Under the pieces are notes generated by a model, which was not told the origin of the DNA, ran no database searches, and was given only the letters and a program-made list of their open reading frames with translations. This document shows positions 1 to 10,887 of a DNA stretch of 64,000 nucleotides, one piece after another. The DNA comes from an uncultured Gammaproteobacteria bacterium (GTDB lineage: Bacteria > Patescibacteriota > Microgenomatia > CAZXEC01), in the NCBI GenBank assembly GCA_964639595.1, contig CAZXEC010000001.1:88111-152110 (forward strand), written 5' to 3'. Every line of letters starts with the position of its first letter. The stretch's first letter is position 1. The position numbers and the translations under genes were made by a program.

Positions 1-945
1 TTTACGCCGGTTGAAAAAGCTCTAAAAGATGCCAAACTGGATGCCAAAAAAATTGACGAAGTGGTGTTGGTTGGCGGTATGACCAGAATGCCCAAGGTAC
101 AAGAAGCAGTCAAACAGTTTTTTGGCAAAGACCCTCACAAAGGCATCAATCCTGATGAAGTAGTGGCAATTGGAGCAGCTGTCCAAGCTGGGGTGTTAAT
201 GGGTGAAACCAAAGATGTAGTGCTGTTGGATGTGACTCCGTTGACATTAGGAATTGAAACTTTAGGTGGTGTGTCCACCCCATTGATTTCCAGAAATACT
301 ACCATTCCTACTTCCAAGTCGGAAATTTTCTCCACAGCTGCTGACAATCAGACCCAAGTGGAGATTAATGTTCTACAAGGTGAGCGACCAATGGCGGCTG
401 ATAATAAATCACTGGGCAGGTTTATCCTGGATGGTCTGCCGCCGGCTCCTCGGGGTCTGCCACAGGTGGAGGTAACCTTTGATATTGATGCTAATGGTAT
501 TTTGAATGTTTCTGCGGCCGATAAAGCCACCGGTAAAAAGCAAAAAATTACCATTACCGGTTCTACCGGTTTGTCGAAAGATGAGGTCGATCGTATGATC
601 AAAGAGGCAGAAGTCAGAGTTGAAGAAGATAAGAAGAAAAAAGAACAGGTAGAGGTCAAAAATCAAGCCGACTCTTTGGTGTTTACCGCCGAGAAAGCCT
701 TAAAAGATGCCGGAGACAAAGTCAGCGCTGATGTTAAAAGCGCGGTGGAAGAAAAAATAGCCGCTGTCAAGCAAGCTTTGCAAAAAGATGACGTTGACGA
801 CCTGCAGAAAAAAACCAAAGAATTATCAGAGGCTTTGTCACAAGTTGGCCAATCAATGTACAGTGCTCAAACACCAGAACAGCCGGAGGATAAGAAAAAG
901 GATGAAGCAGTAGAGGGTGAAGTGGTGGATGAGAAGAAAAATTAA
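1..945 (+). CDS. dnaK: Chaperone DnaK (5'-truncated by window edge)
   Basis: [43 protein letters not shown] motifs. Confidence 0.98.
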   Translation, partial: FTPVEKALKDAKLDAKKIDEVVLVGGMTRMPKVQEAVKQFFGKDPHKGINPDEVVAIGAAVQAGVLMGETKDVVLLDVTPLTLGIETLGGVSTPLISRNTTIPTSKSEIFSTAADNQTQVEINVLQGERPMAADNKSLGRFILDGLPPAPRGLPQVEVTFDIDANGILNVSAADKATGKKQKITITGSTGLSKDEVDRMIKEAEVRVEEDKKKKEQVEVKNQADSLVFTAEKALKDAGDKVSADVKSAVEEKIAAVKQALQKDDVDDLQKKTKELSEALSQVGQSMYSAQTPEQPEDKKKDEAVEGEVVDEKKN

Positions 946-1001
946 TAATGATGAATGATCAGTGATGAATTAAGAATTAGGTGGAAGCAGAAATAAAATT
1001 T

Positions 1002-1859
1002 ATGAACAAGGATGATTATTACAAACTGTTAGGTATTTCCAAAAACGCTTCTGCTGATGAGATCAAGAGAGCCTATCGAGTATTGGCACGCAAACATCAT
1101 CCCGACGTCGATAAATCTCCAGGCTCAACCGAAAAATTCAAAGCCATCAATGAAGCTTATGAAGTTTTATCTGACCCGCAAAAAAAGCAAGCCTATGATC
1201 AGTTTGGCCATGCTGCTTTTTCCCCTGGCGGCGGCTTTTCCCAAGGGCAAGGTACCAGTCCCTTTCCGGGAGGATTTGGTTTTTGGACCGGTGGTAGCGG
1301 CGGGCAGAGAGTTAATGTTGATTTTGATTTTGGCGGCTTTTCCGACCCATTTGAAATTTTTGAACAATTTTTCGGTCGAGGTTTTGGCCAGGGTTATGCC
1401 AGAACGCCGGTTTATCAATTGACTTTGACTTTTGATGAAGCAGTTGGCGGTGTTGAGAAAGAGTTAAGTATTAACGGGAAAAAAATTAAGGTAAAAATTC
1501 CAGCAGGAGTTGATGATGGGTCTAGAATTCGTTTTGGCGATTTTTATGTGTTGTGCCAGGTGGCACCCCACCATATTTTCCGCCGGGAAGGCTATGATAT
1601 TTATGTTGATAAAAAAATCAATGTGGCTCAAGCAGTGTTGGGCGATACTATCGAGGTGGAGACGATTGACGGTAAAGTCAAAATCAAAATACCAACAGGC
1701 ACACAGCCACAAACCGCCATCAGACTGCGTGGTAAGGGCGTGCCTCATCCCAGAAGAAATCTGCGCGGCGATCAGTATGTCCGCATTAACGTGGAAATTC
1801 CCCAAAAATTATCCGGGAATGAGAAAAGATTATATGAAGACTTAAAAAAACTACGGTAG
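1002..1859 (+). CDS. dnaJ: DnaJ co-chaperone without zinc finger (class B-like)
   Basis: J domain with HPD, G/F-rich region, C-terminal domain; no CxxCxGxG repeats; follows dnaK; ATG at 1002 preferred. Confidence 0.93.
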   Translation: MNKDDYYKLLGISKNASADEIKRAYRVLARKHHPDVDKSPGSTEKFKAINEAYEVLSDPQKKQAYDQFGHAAFSPGGGFSQGQGTSPFPGGFGFWTGGSGGQRVNVDFDFGGFSDPFEIFEQFFGRGFGQGYARTPVYQLTLTFDEAVGGVEKELSINGKKIKVKIPAGVDDGSRIRFGDFYVLCQVAPHHIFRREGYDIYVDKKINVAQAVLGDTIEVETIDGKVKIKIPTGTQPQTAIRLRGKGVPHPRRNLRGDQYVRINVEIPQKLSGNEKRLYEDLKKLR

Positions 1860-1925
1860 TTTACCGAGGTTTTTAAATCATAAAGATTCGTTACCCTTCT
1901 TAGTATACAATAGCCCTTGTAAATC

Positions 1926-2333
1926 ATGATCAGGATCAGAATAGCCAAACCCAAAAACGTTAAGGCCATTTTTAAATTAGTCAACCAGGAAGCCAGACAC
2001 GGTAAAATTTTGCCCCGCACCAGAAGTGAGATTCAAAAAGAGATCTCTTCTTTTTTTGTCGCTGAAGAAAAAAAACAAATTGTGGGCTGTGTACAGTTGG
2101 ATGTTTACAGTAAGAAACTAGCGGAAATACGTAGTTTGGTGGTGGATAAAAATTTTCGCTCCAATGGTATCGGCTCTAGCCTATTGCGATTATGCCTCAA
2201 ACGTGCCAAACAAAAAAGGATCAGGGAAGTGTTGGCAGTCACCGCGGACATGCCGTATTTCAAAAAACATGGCTTCAAGACTGTCTTGGATGAGAAATTT
2301 GCCTTGTTTTGGCAAGGATCAAAAAGAAGATGA
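1926..2333 (+). CDS. GNAT acetyltransferase (ArgA-like short form)
   Basis: ILPR...AEIRSLVVDKNFRSNGIGSSL acetyl-CoA motif. Confidence 0.8.
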   Translation: MIRIRIAKPKNVKAIFKLVNQEARHGKILPRTRSEIQKEISSFFVAEEKKQIVGCVQLDVYSKKLAEIRSLVVDKNFRSNGIGSSLLRLCLKRAKQKRIREVLAVTADMPYFKKHGFKTVLDEKFALFWQGSKRR

Positions 2334-2335
2334 GT

Positions 2336-2412
2336 TTGACCTTAGGGCCTACATTATAGTAATATAGTGTTAGGTTAAAGACGTATGGGGTGGGTCACAT
2401 GAGCCCGCCCTT
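2336..2412 (+). promoter_or_regulatory. nusA promoter and leader hairpin
   Basis: TTGACC(2336)-N18-TAATAT(2360); GGGTGGG(2388-2394)/CCCGCCC(2404-2410) stem resembling the rimP-nusA leader hairpin. Confidence 0.6.
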
Positions 2413-2435
2413 GTTGGTCTTAAGGGATAAAAACT

Positions 2436-3524
2436 ATGCCGCAAGCCAGAACTGAATTTGTAGCAGCGATAAATCAGCTCGCGTCCGAGCGTGGCTTGGA
2501 TGTCGATACTATTATGGAGGCTATTAAAGCCGCCATTGTGGCAGCCTACAAAAAAGATTATTCACCAGAAGCTGTTGATAATATAGAAGCTAAGTTAAAT
2601 CCACAATCAGGTGAGGTTTCCCTGACCCAAGCAGGCAAAAATATCACCCCAGCCGGTTTTGGCCGAATCGCTGCTCAAACTGCCAAGCAAGTAATATTAC
2701 AAAGAATCAGGGAGGCAGAAAAGAGTGCTATTCTAGCTGAATACGAAAAGAGGGTGGGGACAATTGTTAATGGCATGATTCAAAGGATGGAAGGCTATAA
2801 TATCTATGTTGATTTGGGTAAAACCGATGCCTTGATGCCTCCATCTGAACAAAGTCAGCAAGAACATTACCGTCCTAATCAAAGATTAACTGTCTATATT
2901 TCAGCAATTTCCCAAACCCCCCGCGGACCAGTGGTGGTGGTATCCCGAGCTGCCAACGAGTTGGTATCGTTGCTTTTTAAGCGGGAAGTGCCGGAAATTT
3001 CCTCTGGAGCAGTGGAAATTAAAGCCATTGCCAGGGAAGCCGGCGCTAGGACTAAGATTGCCGTTTTTTCCAATCAAGCTGGAGTTGATCCGATTGGATC
3101 TTGCGTTGGCCAAAAAGGCGTTAGGGTGCAAGCAGTAATATCCGAATTGGGCGATGAGAAAATTGACGTGATTGCCTATTCCCAAGATCTGGAAAAATTC
3201 ATCGAGGCAGCCCTCTCGCCAGCCAAAGAGCTAAGAGTCAAAATTGATAAAGAAACGCAAACTGCCCTGGTGACTGCTCCTGACGATCAGCTATCCTTGG
3301 CTATTGGTAAAGATGGACAAAATGTCAGGCTGGCCTCCAAATTAACTGGGTATAGAATAGATATTAGGGGTAAAAGCCAGTCAGAGGCAGAAGAAAAGGA
3401 AAAACTGGCGACACCAGATACAAAACCAGCTAAAGCTAAAGGAACGACTAAAGCCAAAAAAGCTGCCAAGAAATCAAAAGTTAAAAAAGCAAAAAAAGAG
3501 GTAGAAATAACAGCGACAGAATAA
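2436..3524 (+). CDS. nusA: Transcription factor NusA
   Basis: FGRIAAQTAKQVILQRIREAE, S1 and KH domains, AIGKDGQNVRLAS; Lys-rich tail. Confidence 0.97.
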   Translation: MPQARTEFVAAINQLASERGLDVDTIMEAIKAAIVAAYKKDYSPEAVDNIEAKLNPQSGEVSLTQAGKNITPAGFGRIAAQTAKQVILQRIREAEKSAILAEYEKRVGTIVNGMIQRMEGYNIYVDLGKTDALMPPSEQSQQEHYRPNQRLTVYISAISQTPRGPVVVVSRAANELVSLLFKREVPEISSGAVEIKAIAREAGARTKIAVFSNQAGVDPIGSCVGQKGVRVQAVISELGDEKIDVIAYSQDLEKFIEAALSPAKELRVKIDKETQTALVTAPDDQLSLAIGKDGQNVRLASKLTGYRIDIRGKSQSEAEEKEKLATPDTKPAKAKGTTKAKKAAKKSKVKKAKKEVEITATE

Positions 3525-3553
3525 CATGCCAATTAGTTCCATGGCGTTAAATT

Positions 3554-5062
3554 TTGCCGAATATCAACCAGAAAGAAGTATTTATTGTGGACAAGAAAAA
3601 CCTAACCAGTGCTTTACCTATTCGCCCGCCGGTTGTGACAATTTTAGGCCATGTTGATCATGGTAAAACCACACTGTTGGATGCTATTCGTACTGCTAAT
3701 GTGGCTGTCCGTGAGCATGGCGGTATTACTCAACATATCGGTGCTTATCAAATAATCTATAAAAATTCTCCTATTACTTTCATTGATACTCCCGGACACG
3801 CAGCTTTTTCTGCCATGCGCTCTCGAGGCGCCAGAGTTGCCGATATTATTATTTTGGTGGTGGCAGCAGATGACGGAGTAAAACCCCAAACTAAAGAAGC
3901 CATCAAAATTGCCAAAGAGACGAAAGTGCCAATTATTGTGGCTGCCAATAAAATGGATTTACCGGGTGCTAATTTGGAAAAATTAAAGCAGCAATTGTCC
4001 CAGGAAGGAGTGTTAGTAGAGGGATATGGTGGTGATGTGGTGATTTTGCCAATTTCTGCCAAAACCAAACAGGGTCTTGATGATCTGCTGGGAATGATTG
4101 TGTTAGTTGCCCAGATGCAAGAGCTAAAAGCTGATCCCAAAACTACTCCATCGGCAGTGGTGATCGAATCAAGATTGGACAGGAATCGAGGGCCAGTGGC
4201 CACGGTCATTGTTAAGGAAGGAACATTGAAAGCAGGAGATCGAATTGAGGTAGAGGGGATAACTGGGAAAATCAAAGCACTAATCGATGACCAAGGAAAA
4301 AATATCAAAGAAGCACAACCTGCCAAACCAGTGGAGATTTTAGGACTGTCTCAAGTTCCTTCGGTGGGGACAGTTATAGAAGAGGCCAAGGGTGTACCAG
4401 CAAAACGTCAGGTTAGTATACGGAGATCTCCGGCATATCAAATGCAGACTATTGATAGCTTGCCAACATTGCTAACACCAGTCAGCACAGATAAAAAATT
4501 ATCAGTAGTGTTAAAAGCAGATGTGGCAGGATCACTGGAGGCAATTGTCGAATCCATACCAAAAGAGATTAAGATTGTATCAATGGCCACTGGTAACATT
4601 ACCCCTTCTGATATTTTGCAAGCTTCCAGCGTGGGGGGCCTGGTAATTGGTTTTAATGTTGGCTTCACCACCGAAGCAGAAAGACTGGCGGTCCAAGAGA
4701 AAGTACTGGTAAAAACTTACCAAGTGATTTATGAATTATTAGAAGAGATTGGGGAAGTATCTAAATCATTATCACAACAAGTCGGTCGCGGTAAGATTAG
4801 TAACAGGGCAGATATTATTGCTGAGTTCGGCTCTGGTAAATCCAGAGTTGCCGGTTGTTTAGTGCAAGAAGGCAGCATGAAAACTGGTCAGACTGTTAAC
4901 CTAGTCAGAGACGGGCAAACCATAGGCCAAGCCAAAATTGTTTCACTGCGGCGAGGCAAAGAGACAGTAGATCAAGCCCCTAAAGGAATAGAATGTGGGA
5001 TGGTTATTGATCCGCAACTTGACTTTCAAGTGGGTGATCAGATAGAATCCCATAGTAAGTAA
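3554..5062 (+). CDS. infB: Translation initiation factor IF-2, short form lacking N-terminal domains (start may be GTG 3587)
   Basis: [37 protein letters not shown]. Confidence 0.96.
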   Translation: MPNINQKEVFIVDKKNLTSALPIRPPVVTILGHVDHGKTTLLDAIRTANVAVREHGGITQHIGAYQIIYKNSPITFIDTPGHAAFSAMRSRGARVADIIILVVAADDGVKPQTKEAIKIAKETKVPIIVAANKMDLPGANLEKLKQQLSQEGVLVEGYGGDVVILPISAKTKQGLDDLLGMIVLVAQMQELKADPKTTPSAVVIESRLDRNRGPVATVIVKEGTLKAGDRIEVEGITGKIKALIDDQGKNIKEAQPAKPVEILGLSQVPSVGTVIEEAKGVPAKRQVSIRRSPAYQMQTIDSLPTLLTPVSTDKKLSVVLKADVAGSLEAIVESIPKEIKIVSMATGNITPSDILQASSVGGLVIGFNVGFTTEAERLAVQEKVLVKTYQVIYELLEEIGEVSKSLSQQVGRGKISNRADIIAEFGSGKSRVAGCLVQEGSMKTGQTVNLVRDGQTIGQAKIVSLRRGKETVDQAPKGIECGMVIDPQLDFQVGDQIESHSK

Positions 5063-5063
5063 T

Positions 5064-6101
5064 ATGCTTCCAGCGCACGAGATAACTAAAGTCAGAGAAC
5101 TGCTCCTGCAGTCAAAAAATATTTTGATTGCTCTGCCTCAAAATCCCAATGTTGACCAAACAGCCGCGGCATTATGTTTATATTTTGCCTTAAAGAAAGT
5201 TGGTAAAAGTGCCCAGGTGGTTTGTGCTGATCGCCCGACTGTAGAATTATCAGCAGTGATTGGAGCAGATTTGATTTCAGATCAGGTGAGCGGCGGCAAT
5301 CTGGTGATCTCTATTGATTACACAGAAGGATCGATAGAAAAGGTCAGCTATAATGTGGAAGGTGACAAATTTAATTTGGTGATCCATACCCCGCCGGACG
5401 CATCCCCGGTTACAACTGACAAAATCCGTTTCTCTTCCAGTGGTATGGTGGCAGATTGTATAGTTTGTATCGGGGCTTTGTCCCTGGATGATTTAGGGAA
5501 AATAGTCAAAGATAATCAAGCATCATTTTCGCAAGCAACCATTGTTAATATTGATAGACAAACAGCCAATACCCGCTATGGTTCAATCAATGTAATTGAT
5601 AAAATAGCCAGTTCTATCTCGGAGATGGTTTTTTTGATTTTGAGATCTTTATCGCAGGAGCCAGACCCGGATATTGTCAGAAATGTTTTCGCGGGAGTTT
5701 TGTCTGCCACTGATAATTTCCAGAGTCCCCATGTTTCGCCGGAAGCATTTGAGGCAGCTGCCTGGTGTCTGCGTCATGGAGCTAGACCTAAAAATAAACA
5801 ACCTGATCAGGCACTGCTATTAGAACAAAAGCCGACTGCCATAACTAAAGATGCCAGCGAATTGTTTACCAAAATTTTTGCCAAAGATGCAGCAGATGTT
5901 TTACCGGTCGTAGGCAATCCCGTGCCAAACCCCAAGCCAGACGTTATCAATGAGCAAAAAGTCGTCAATCAACAGCTGGCTAATTTTAAGATGAGTCAAG
6001 AGCTGGATGATATCGAAGATGATGTCCCAGACGATCCATTGATGGTTGATCCCAACTGGACCAAACCTCCCAAAGTTTACAGGGGCAGCTCGGAATCTTA
6101 A
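5064..6101 (+). CDS. DHH/NrnA-like protein with degenerate catalytic motifs
   Basis: Fold cues (NPNVDQ, IVNIDRQTANTRYGSIN, SSISEMV, ATDNF) and position after infB; DHH motif replaced by DRQ. Confidence 0.7.
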   Translation: MLPAHEITKVRELLLQSKNILIALPQNPNVDQTAAALCLYFALKKVGKSAQVVCADRPTVELSAVIGADLISDQVSGGNLVISIDYTEGSIEKVSYNVEGDKFNLVIHTPPDASPVTTDKIRFSSSGMVADCIVCIGALSLDDLGKIVKDNQASFSQATIVNIDRQTANTRYGSINVIDKIASSISEMVFLILRSLSQEPDPDIVRNVFAGVLSATDNFQSPHVSPEAFEAAAWCLRHGARPKNKQPDQALLLEQKPTAITKDASELFTKIFAKDAADVLPVVGNPVPNPKPDVINEQKVVNQQLANFKMSQELDDIEDDVPDDPLMVDPNWTKPPKVYRGSSES

Positions 6102-6158
6102 TGATTGCTAAAGTAAGATGATTTTGCTATAATAGACTTCAACTTAAAATAGAAGTGT

Positions 6159-6509
6159 ATGCCAAAGAAGAAAAAGGCAGTAGGAAAGAAGACAAAAACT
6201 ACTGCTAAATCCACTAAGAGTCAACCTAAAAAAATCAAACAGGCTATCCCTGTGGCTGGCAAAGCCAAAATTATTAAAGAATATGCCATACACAGTCATG
6301 ATACAGGCTCTCCTGAAGTGCAAGTCGCACTGCTGTCTTCCAGGATTGGTAATTTAACGAATCACCTGAAAGATCATCCCAAGGATGTACATTCCAGAAG
6401 AGGCTTGTTGTCAATGGTTAATAAACGTCGTAAACTATTGTTGTATTTAATGAAAAAAAATGATGAAAGGTATAAAGTAGTTATAGGCAAATTAGGACTG
6501 AGTAAATAG
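6159..6509 (+). CDS. rpsO: 30S ribosomal protein S15 with Lys-rich N-terminal extension
   Basis: [24 protein letters not shown]. Confidence 0.97.
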   Translation: MPKKKKAVGKKTKTTAKSTKSQPKKIKQAIPVAGKAKIIKEYAIHSHDTGSPEVQVALLSSRIGNLTNHLKDHPKDVHSRRGLLSMVNKRRKLLLYLMKKNDERYKVVIGKLGLSK

Positions 6510-6601
6510 TAGTAATTTTCCTTGAAAAAAGGACTTCCTCATAAAAAGAGAAAGAACTACTCGGCAAAAACCCTAACGAAAATTTGTTGAAAAGTTGTAC
6601 T

Positions 6602-8764
6602 ATGGAAAAAATAGTAAAAGAGCTAGATTTAGTTGGTAAAAAATTAAGCCTAGAAACCGGCCGTTTTGTTAAACATGCCAACGGTTCAGTCCTGGCGCGT
6701 ATCGGCGATACAGTAGTTTTGGCTACCGTGGTCATGTCAGTCCCCCGCCAAGATTTAGACTACTTTCCCCTATCAGTAGATTACGAGGAAAGACTTTATG
6801 CAGGAGGTAGGATTTCTTCTTCTAAATTTATCAAACGAGAAAATCGCCCTTCAGAGGCGGCAATCTTAGCAGGCAGATTAATTGATAGGTCAATTAGACC
6901 CCTTTTCCCCAAAGATCTTAACAATGAAGTTCAAGTAATTACTACGGTATTGTCGTTTGATGGAGCTAATGATGCGGATATGGTGGCATTATTGGGAGTG
7001 TCGGCAGCCTTGGCTATTTCTGATATTCCTTGGAAAGGCCCTATTAGTGCAGTGCGGGTCGGCTTGGTTGAAGGAGCGTATATTTTTTATCCCACCAGAC
7101 AAGAATTAGCCAACTCACAGCTTGATTTGGTTGTATCAGGAGGAAAAGACGGAGTAGTTATGGTTGAGGCTGGGGCTCGTGAACTGGCTGAGCAAGAAAC
7201 AATAACAGCCATTACCCAGGGTCAGGAATTTAATTTGAAACTGGTTTCTTTTATTGAAGATTTTGTCAAGGAAGCTGGAAAGTCCAAGGCAGCCTATACT
7301 ACCAAGACCCTTGACCCTGAACAGGAAAAAGCAGTCAGAGACTATATAGAAAAAGAATTTATTCCGCAGTTGTCTGACCCAGAAGTAGCGCAAGACGAGC
7401 AATTTGCCCCGATGTGTTATCAGAAACTAGAAGAAGTTTTTAGTGAAACAATAGCCAAGGGACAGTTAGTCCATCTGTTGGATGATTGTGTGAAGAAGTT
7501 TATTAGAAAACAAATCCTGGAGAAAGGTAAAAGGATTGATGGCCGCAAAAATAATCAGATTCGGCCTTTAACAATTGAAGTAGAAGTTTTACCAAGAACT
7601 CATGGGTCTGCACATTTTAAACGCGGTGATACCCAAATCTTGACTATTGTCACATTAGGCTCTCCTTCACTGGAGCAATTAATTGAAGGGATGAGGGGTG
7701 AAGAAACCAAAAGATACATGCATCATTATAATTTTCCACCTTTTGCCACTGGTGAGGTTAAAAGAATTGGGACAACCGGTAGGCGAGAAATCGGTCACGG
7801 TGCATTAGCAGAAAGAGCTTTAATTCCTGTTCTGCCACCAGAGGAAAAATTCCCTTATGCTATTAGGGTAGTGTCTGAAGTGTTAACCTCTGCCGGTTCT
7901 ACTTCGATGGGTTCTGTCTGCGGTTCTACTTTGGCATTAATGGATGCCGGGGTACCGATTACTGCGCCAGTGGCTGGTATTGCCATGGGGCTTGTGACCG
8001 ATGCGGCGTCTGATAAATACGTAGTTTTGACAGACATTGCTTACGCAGAAGATGCTGGTGGTGATATGGACTTCAAAGTAGCAGGAACAGAGAAAGGCAT
8101 CACTGCTTTGCAGATGGACGTTAAACTAACAGGGATTCCAGCCAAAGTTTTGGCGCAAGCCATTGCTGAAGCACGGGAAGGTAGAATGTTTATCTTGGGT
8201 AAGATGAAAGAAGCTTTGCCGGAAATCAGAGGAGAAGTTTCCCCTCATGCCCCCAGGATACAAATGATTAGTATTGACCCAGCGAAAATTGGTCAAGTGA
8301 TCGGTTCCGGTGGTAAAACCATAAACCAGATTATAGCAACCACCGGAGTCGCCATTGATATTGAAGATGATGGGAAGATTACTATTACCTCCAAAGATCA
8401 AACAGCCGCCCAGAAGGCAATTGGCATCATTGAAGGTTTAACCCATGAGGTAAAACCAGGCGAAATATATGAAGGCGAAGTAAAAAGAATCATGACTTTC
8501 GGGGCTTTTGTGGAGATATTACCAAGCAAAGAAGGTCTAGTTCACATTTCACAACTGTCTCCTGTTAGGGTAGAAAGGGTAGAGGACGTGGTACAGATTG
8601 GGCAGAAGGTTAGAGTGAGAGTTACTGAGATAGACCCGCAAGGTCGAATTAACTTATCTATGAAGTTTGGTCAAGATGCAGAGGATAATCCCAGAAGAGA
8701 TGATCATCGTTCCATCATCAGAGGCGACTACAGCGGGGAGAGGTTCAGACGGAAGAGATTTTAG
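6602..8764 (+). CDS. pnp: Polyribonucleotide nucleotidyltransferase (PNPase)
   Basis: RLIDRSIRPLF, RREIGHGALAERAL, GDMDFKVAG, KH and S1 domains. Confidence 0.98.
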   Translation: MEKIVKELDLVGKKLSLETGRFVKHANGSVLARIGDTVVLATVVMSVPRQDLDYFPLSVDYEERLYAGGRISSSKFIKRENRPSEAAILAGRLIDRSIRPLFPKDLNNEVQVITTVLSFDGANDADMVALLGVSAALAISDIPWKGPISAVRVGLVEGAYIFYPTRQELANSQLDLVVSGGKDGVVMVEAGARELAEQETITAITQGQEFNLKLVSFIEDFVKEAGKSKAAYTTKTLDPEQEKAVRDYIEKEFIPQLSDPEVAQDEQFAPMCYQKLEEVFSETIAKGQLVHLLDDCVKKFIRKQILEKGKRIDGRKNNQIRPLTIEVEVLPRTHGSAHFKRGDTQILTIVTLGSPSLEQLIEGMRGEETKRYMHHYNFPPFATGEVKRIGTTGRREIGHGALAERALIPVLPPEEKFPYAIRVVSEVLTSAGSTSMGSVCGSTLALMDAGVPITAPVAGIAMGLVTDAASDKYVVLTDIAYAEDAGGDMDFKVAGTEKGITALQMDVKLTGIPAKVLAQAIAEAREGRMFILGKMKEALPEIRGEVSPHAPRIQMISIDPAKIGQVIGSGGKTINQIIATTGVAIDIEDDGKITITSKDQTAAQKAIGIIEGLTHEVKPGEIYEGEVKRIMTFGAFVEILPSKEGLVHISQLSPVRVERVEDVVQIGQKVRVRVTEIDPQGRINLSMKFGQDAEDNPRRDDHRSIIRGDYSGERFRRKRF

Positions 8765-8811
8765 GCTATAAAAATATATCCTCAAGCTGTAAAATTACTC
8801 CTAGAAAATCA

Positions 8812-9846
8812 ATGTTTACCTTATCGCGCCTACCGCTGCTAGTTCTTATTGTTTGTACCATTGTATTGATCATCTATTCTTTTGTAGGCGTTGGTTCGTC
8901 AGTTAAAATTATTCCTACATCGCAGGGGGTTGCTATGATTTTTCAAATCTATCCTGCTGATAAAGGTGTCTATGAAAAGTTAGGCCAACAGCTAGATGTC
9001 ACAGGATTATTTGATCAACCCATCACCTTATCTTTAGATGCCCAAAGTAGATTTTTAGTAAAAGATTGGCCAGGACTCACTTTCAATATTAGTTATTCTG
9101 ACAGTGTAGTTAATTTCGGCAGTCAATCAATAGTTGATAGACTAAAAGATTATTTCAAGACTGACAAAACTGAATGGAAAATCTTACAATTTTTGCCAGA
9201 AGATACTGTTTTATGGGCCAAAATGGCCAGCCATGATTTCTGGCAATTTTGGCCGGTCAGCTGGCCCAATGATACAAAAGACTTTTTAGAGGAATTTTTA
9301 ACTGGTGATGCAATTTTGGCGATAGTTCCTGATGGTGGTAATCTGGGGGTAGTTGCAATCAGTCGAGATTTGCCAGATCCAGAACAAACGATGAAGAAAT
9401 TCCAACAGTTGTCTAAGCCCATGATGGCTGTTTTTGCAGAAGATACCATAGAGGACATTCAGGTTTGGTCGCAAGTTTCTACCATGCCTGAAAATTCTTG
9501 GTGGCTGTTTTATTACCAAGACACTTGGGTATTATCATCATCGGCTAACTTAGCCAGACAAGAGGCAGCTCTTGTTAAAAGTAACGGTAGTAGTATTTTA
9601 CAAAACCTTGGTTTTATAACAGTTTCCCGTGATGCTGGCAAATTCTGGCAGAGGCAGATTTATTGGCGGGGCCCCAAAGAGAATATCAAATTGCCACAAA
9701 AAATTAACCTGGCCGCCTATGGTACAATCAATTTAGGACAAAAAGATTTAGTTTTTGAAAGTTTGATTAACAAGATCGCAGCTATAATGATTGTACAGTC
9801 GGATTACATTATCAAAGGCAAGGTGTTGTTAGATGACAGCAAGTAA
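8812..9846 (+). CDS. Hypothetical membrane-anchored protein
   Basis: 344-aa ORF with N-terminal hydrophobic helix; overlaps start of the Lon-like gene. Confidence 0.7.
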   Translation: MFTLSRLPLLVLIVCTIVLIIYSFVGVGSSVKIIPTSQGVAMIFQIYPADKGVYEKLGQQLDVTGLFDQPITLSLDAQSRFLVKDWPGLTFNISYSDSVVNFGSQSIVDRLKDYFKTDKTEWKILQFLPEDTVLWAKMASHDFWQFWPVSWPNDTKDFLEEFLTGDAILAIVPDGGNLGVVAISRDLPDPEQTMKKFQQLSKPMMAVFAEDTIEDIQVWSQVSTMPENSWWLFYYQDTWVLSSSANLARQEAALVKSNGSSILQNLGFITVSRDAGKFWQRQIYWRGPKENIKLPQKINLAAYGTINLGQKDLVFESLINKIAAIMIVQSDYIIKGKVLLDDSK

Positions 9847-10882
9847 TCATCTTTTTTCAGAAATCACCCAACTAGAAAAAACCATTCAAAATTCGGAACT
9901 CCCGCAAAATTTGCGAGCAAAAATTAGCAATTCACTTTCAAGATTAGAAGGTGCTGCCCGCTTTGGCGGATATTTAAATGAGCATGAAAGCTTATTAAGG
10001 TATGCAGACTGGGTATTAAATCTTCCTTGGGAAAAAACTAGCGATGACATCCTAAATTTGGCGCAAGCTCGAAAAATCTTTGATAAAAACCATTACGGTC
10101 TGACCAATATTAAAGAGCGGATTTTGGAATATCTGTCAGTTCTATCATTAAAAAAAGGCCAAAATGCCGCAGTGAGAGCCCCTATTTTATGCTTGGTTGG
10201 TTTGGTTGGGACTGGCAAGACAACTTTGGCTGCTTCCATTGCCGAAGCAATGGGCAGAAAAATCGCCCGGATTCCTTTTGGTGGAATGGGAGATGCCAGG
10301 GAACTGCGAGGTCAATCAAGGACTTTGCCTGATGCAGAGCCAGGACAAATAATCAAAGCCTTAAGGCGTATTCAAGTCAAAAACCCAGTTATCTTGCTTG
10401 ATGAGATTGATCGAGTGGCCGAGTCAACCAGATCGGATTTGATGGGAGTGCTGGTAGAACTTTTAGATCCGGAGCAGAACATGGCATTTGTTGACCACTA
10501 TATTGATTATCCATTTGATTTGTCACAAGTATTATTTATCGCCACAGCCAATAATACTACTAATATTTCTACTGCGGTTTTGGATAGACTAGAACCAATT
10601 CAAATGCCTTCTTATACTGATGAGGAAAAAATTATGATTGCCGGTGCTTACATCTTACCCAAGGCTATAGCAGAATCAGGGTTGGCGCCGAATGTTGTGA
10701 TAGTTGATGGTGATGTTTGGCCAAAGATTGTCAGACCGCTGGGGTTTGATGCCGGTATCAGAACCTTAGAAAGAACAGTGAGCGGTATTTGCAGAAAGGT
10801 TGCTAAACAAATTGTAGAAGGCAAAGGCAAGCAATTTCATATCACACTTGCCAATGTCAACGAATTTCTGCCTGTTTGGTAA
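9833..10882 (+). CDS. Lon-family AAA+ ATPase module only (no N domain, no protease domain)
   Basis: HYGLTNIKERILEYL, GLVGTGKTT, ILLDEIDR, ELLDPEQN, DLSQVLFIATAN; stops where the AAA module ends. Confidence 0.88.
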   Translation: MTASNHLFSEITQLEKTIQNSELPQNLRAKISNSLSRLEGAARFGGYLNEHESLLRYADWVLNLPWEKTSDDILNLAQARKIFDKNHYGLTNIKERILEYLSVLSLKKGQNAAVRAPILCLVGLVGTGKTTLAASIAEAMGRKIARIPFGGMGDARELRGQSRTLPDAEPGQIIKALRRIQVKNPVILLDEIDRVAESTRSDLMGVLVELLDPEQNMAFVDHYIDYPFDLSQVLFIATANNTTNISTAVLDRLEPIQMPSYTDEEKIMIAGAYILPKAIAESGLAPNVVIVDGDVWPKIVRPLGFDAGIRTLERTVSGICRKVAKQIVEGKGKQFHITLANVNEFLPVW

Positions 10883-10887
10883 TTTTT

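Noticed and set aside
946-1001. Short TGATGAAT repeats between dnaK and dnaJ
   Set aside because: Low-complexity spacer; not a CIRCE element and no evidence of function.
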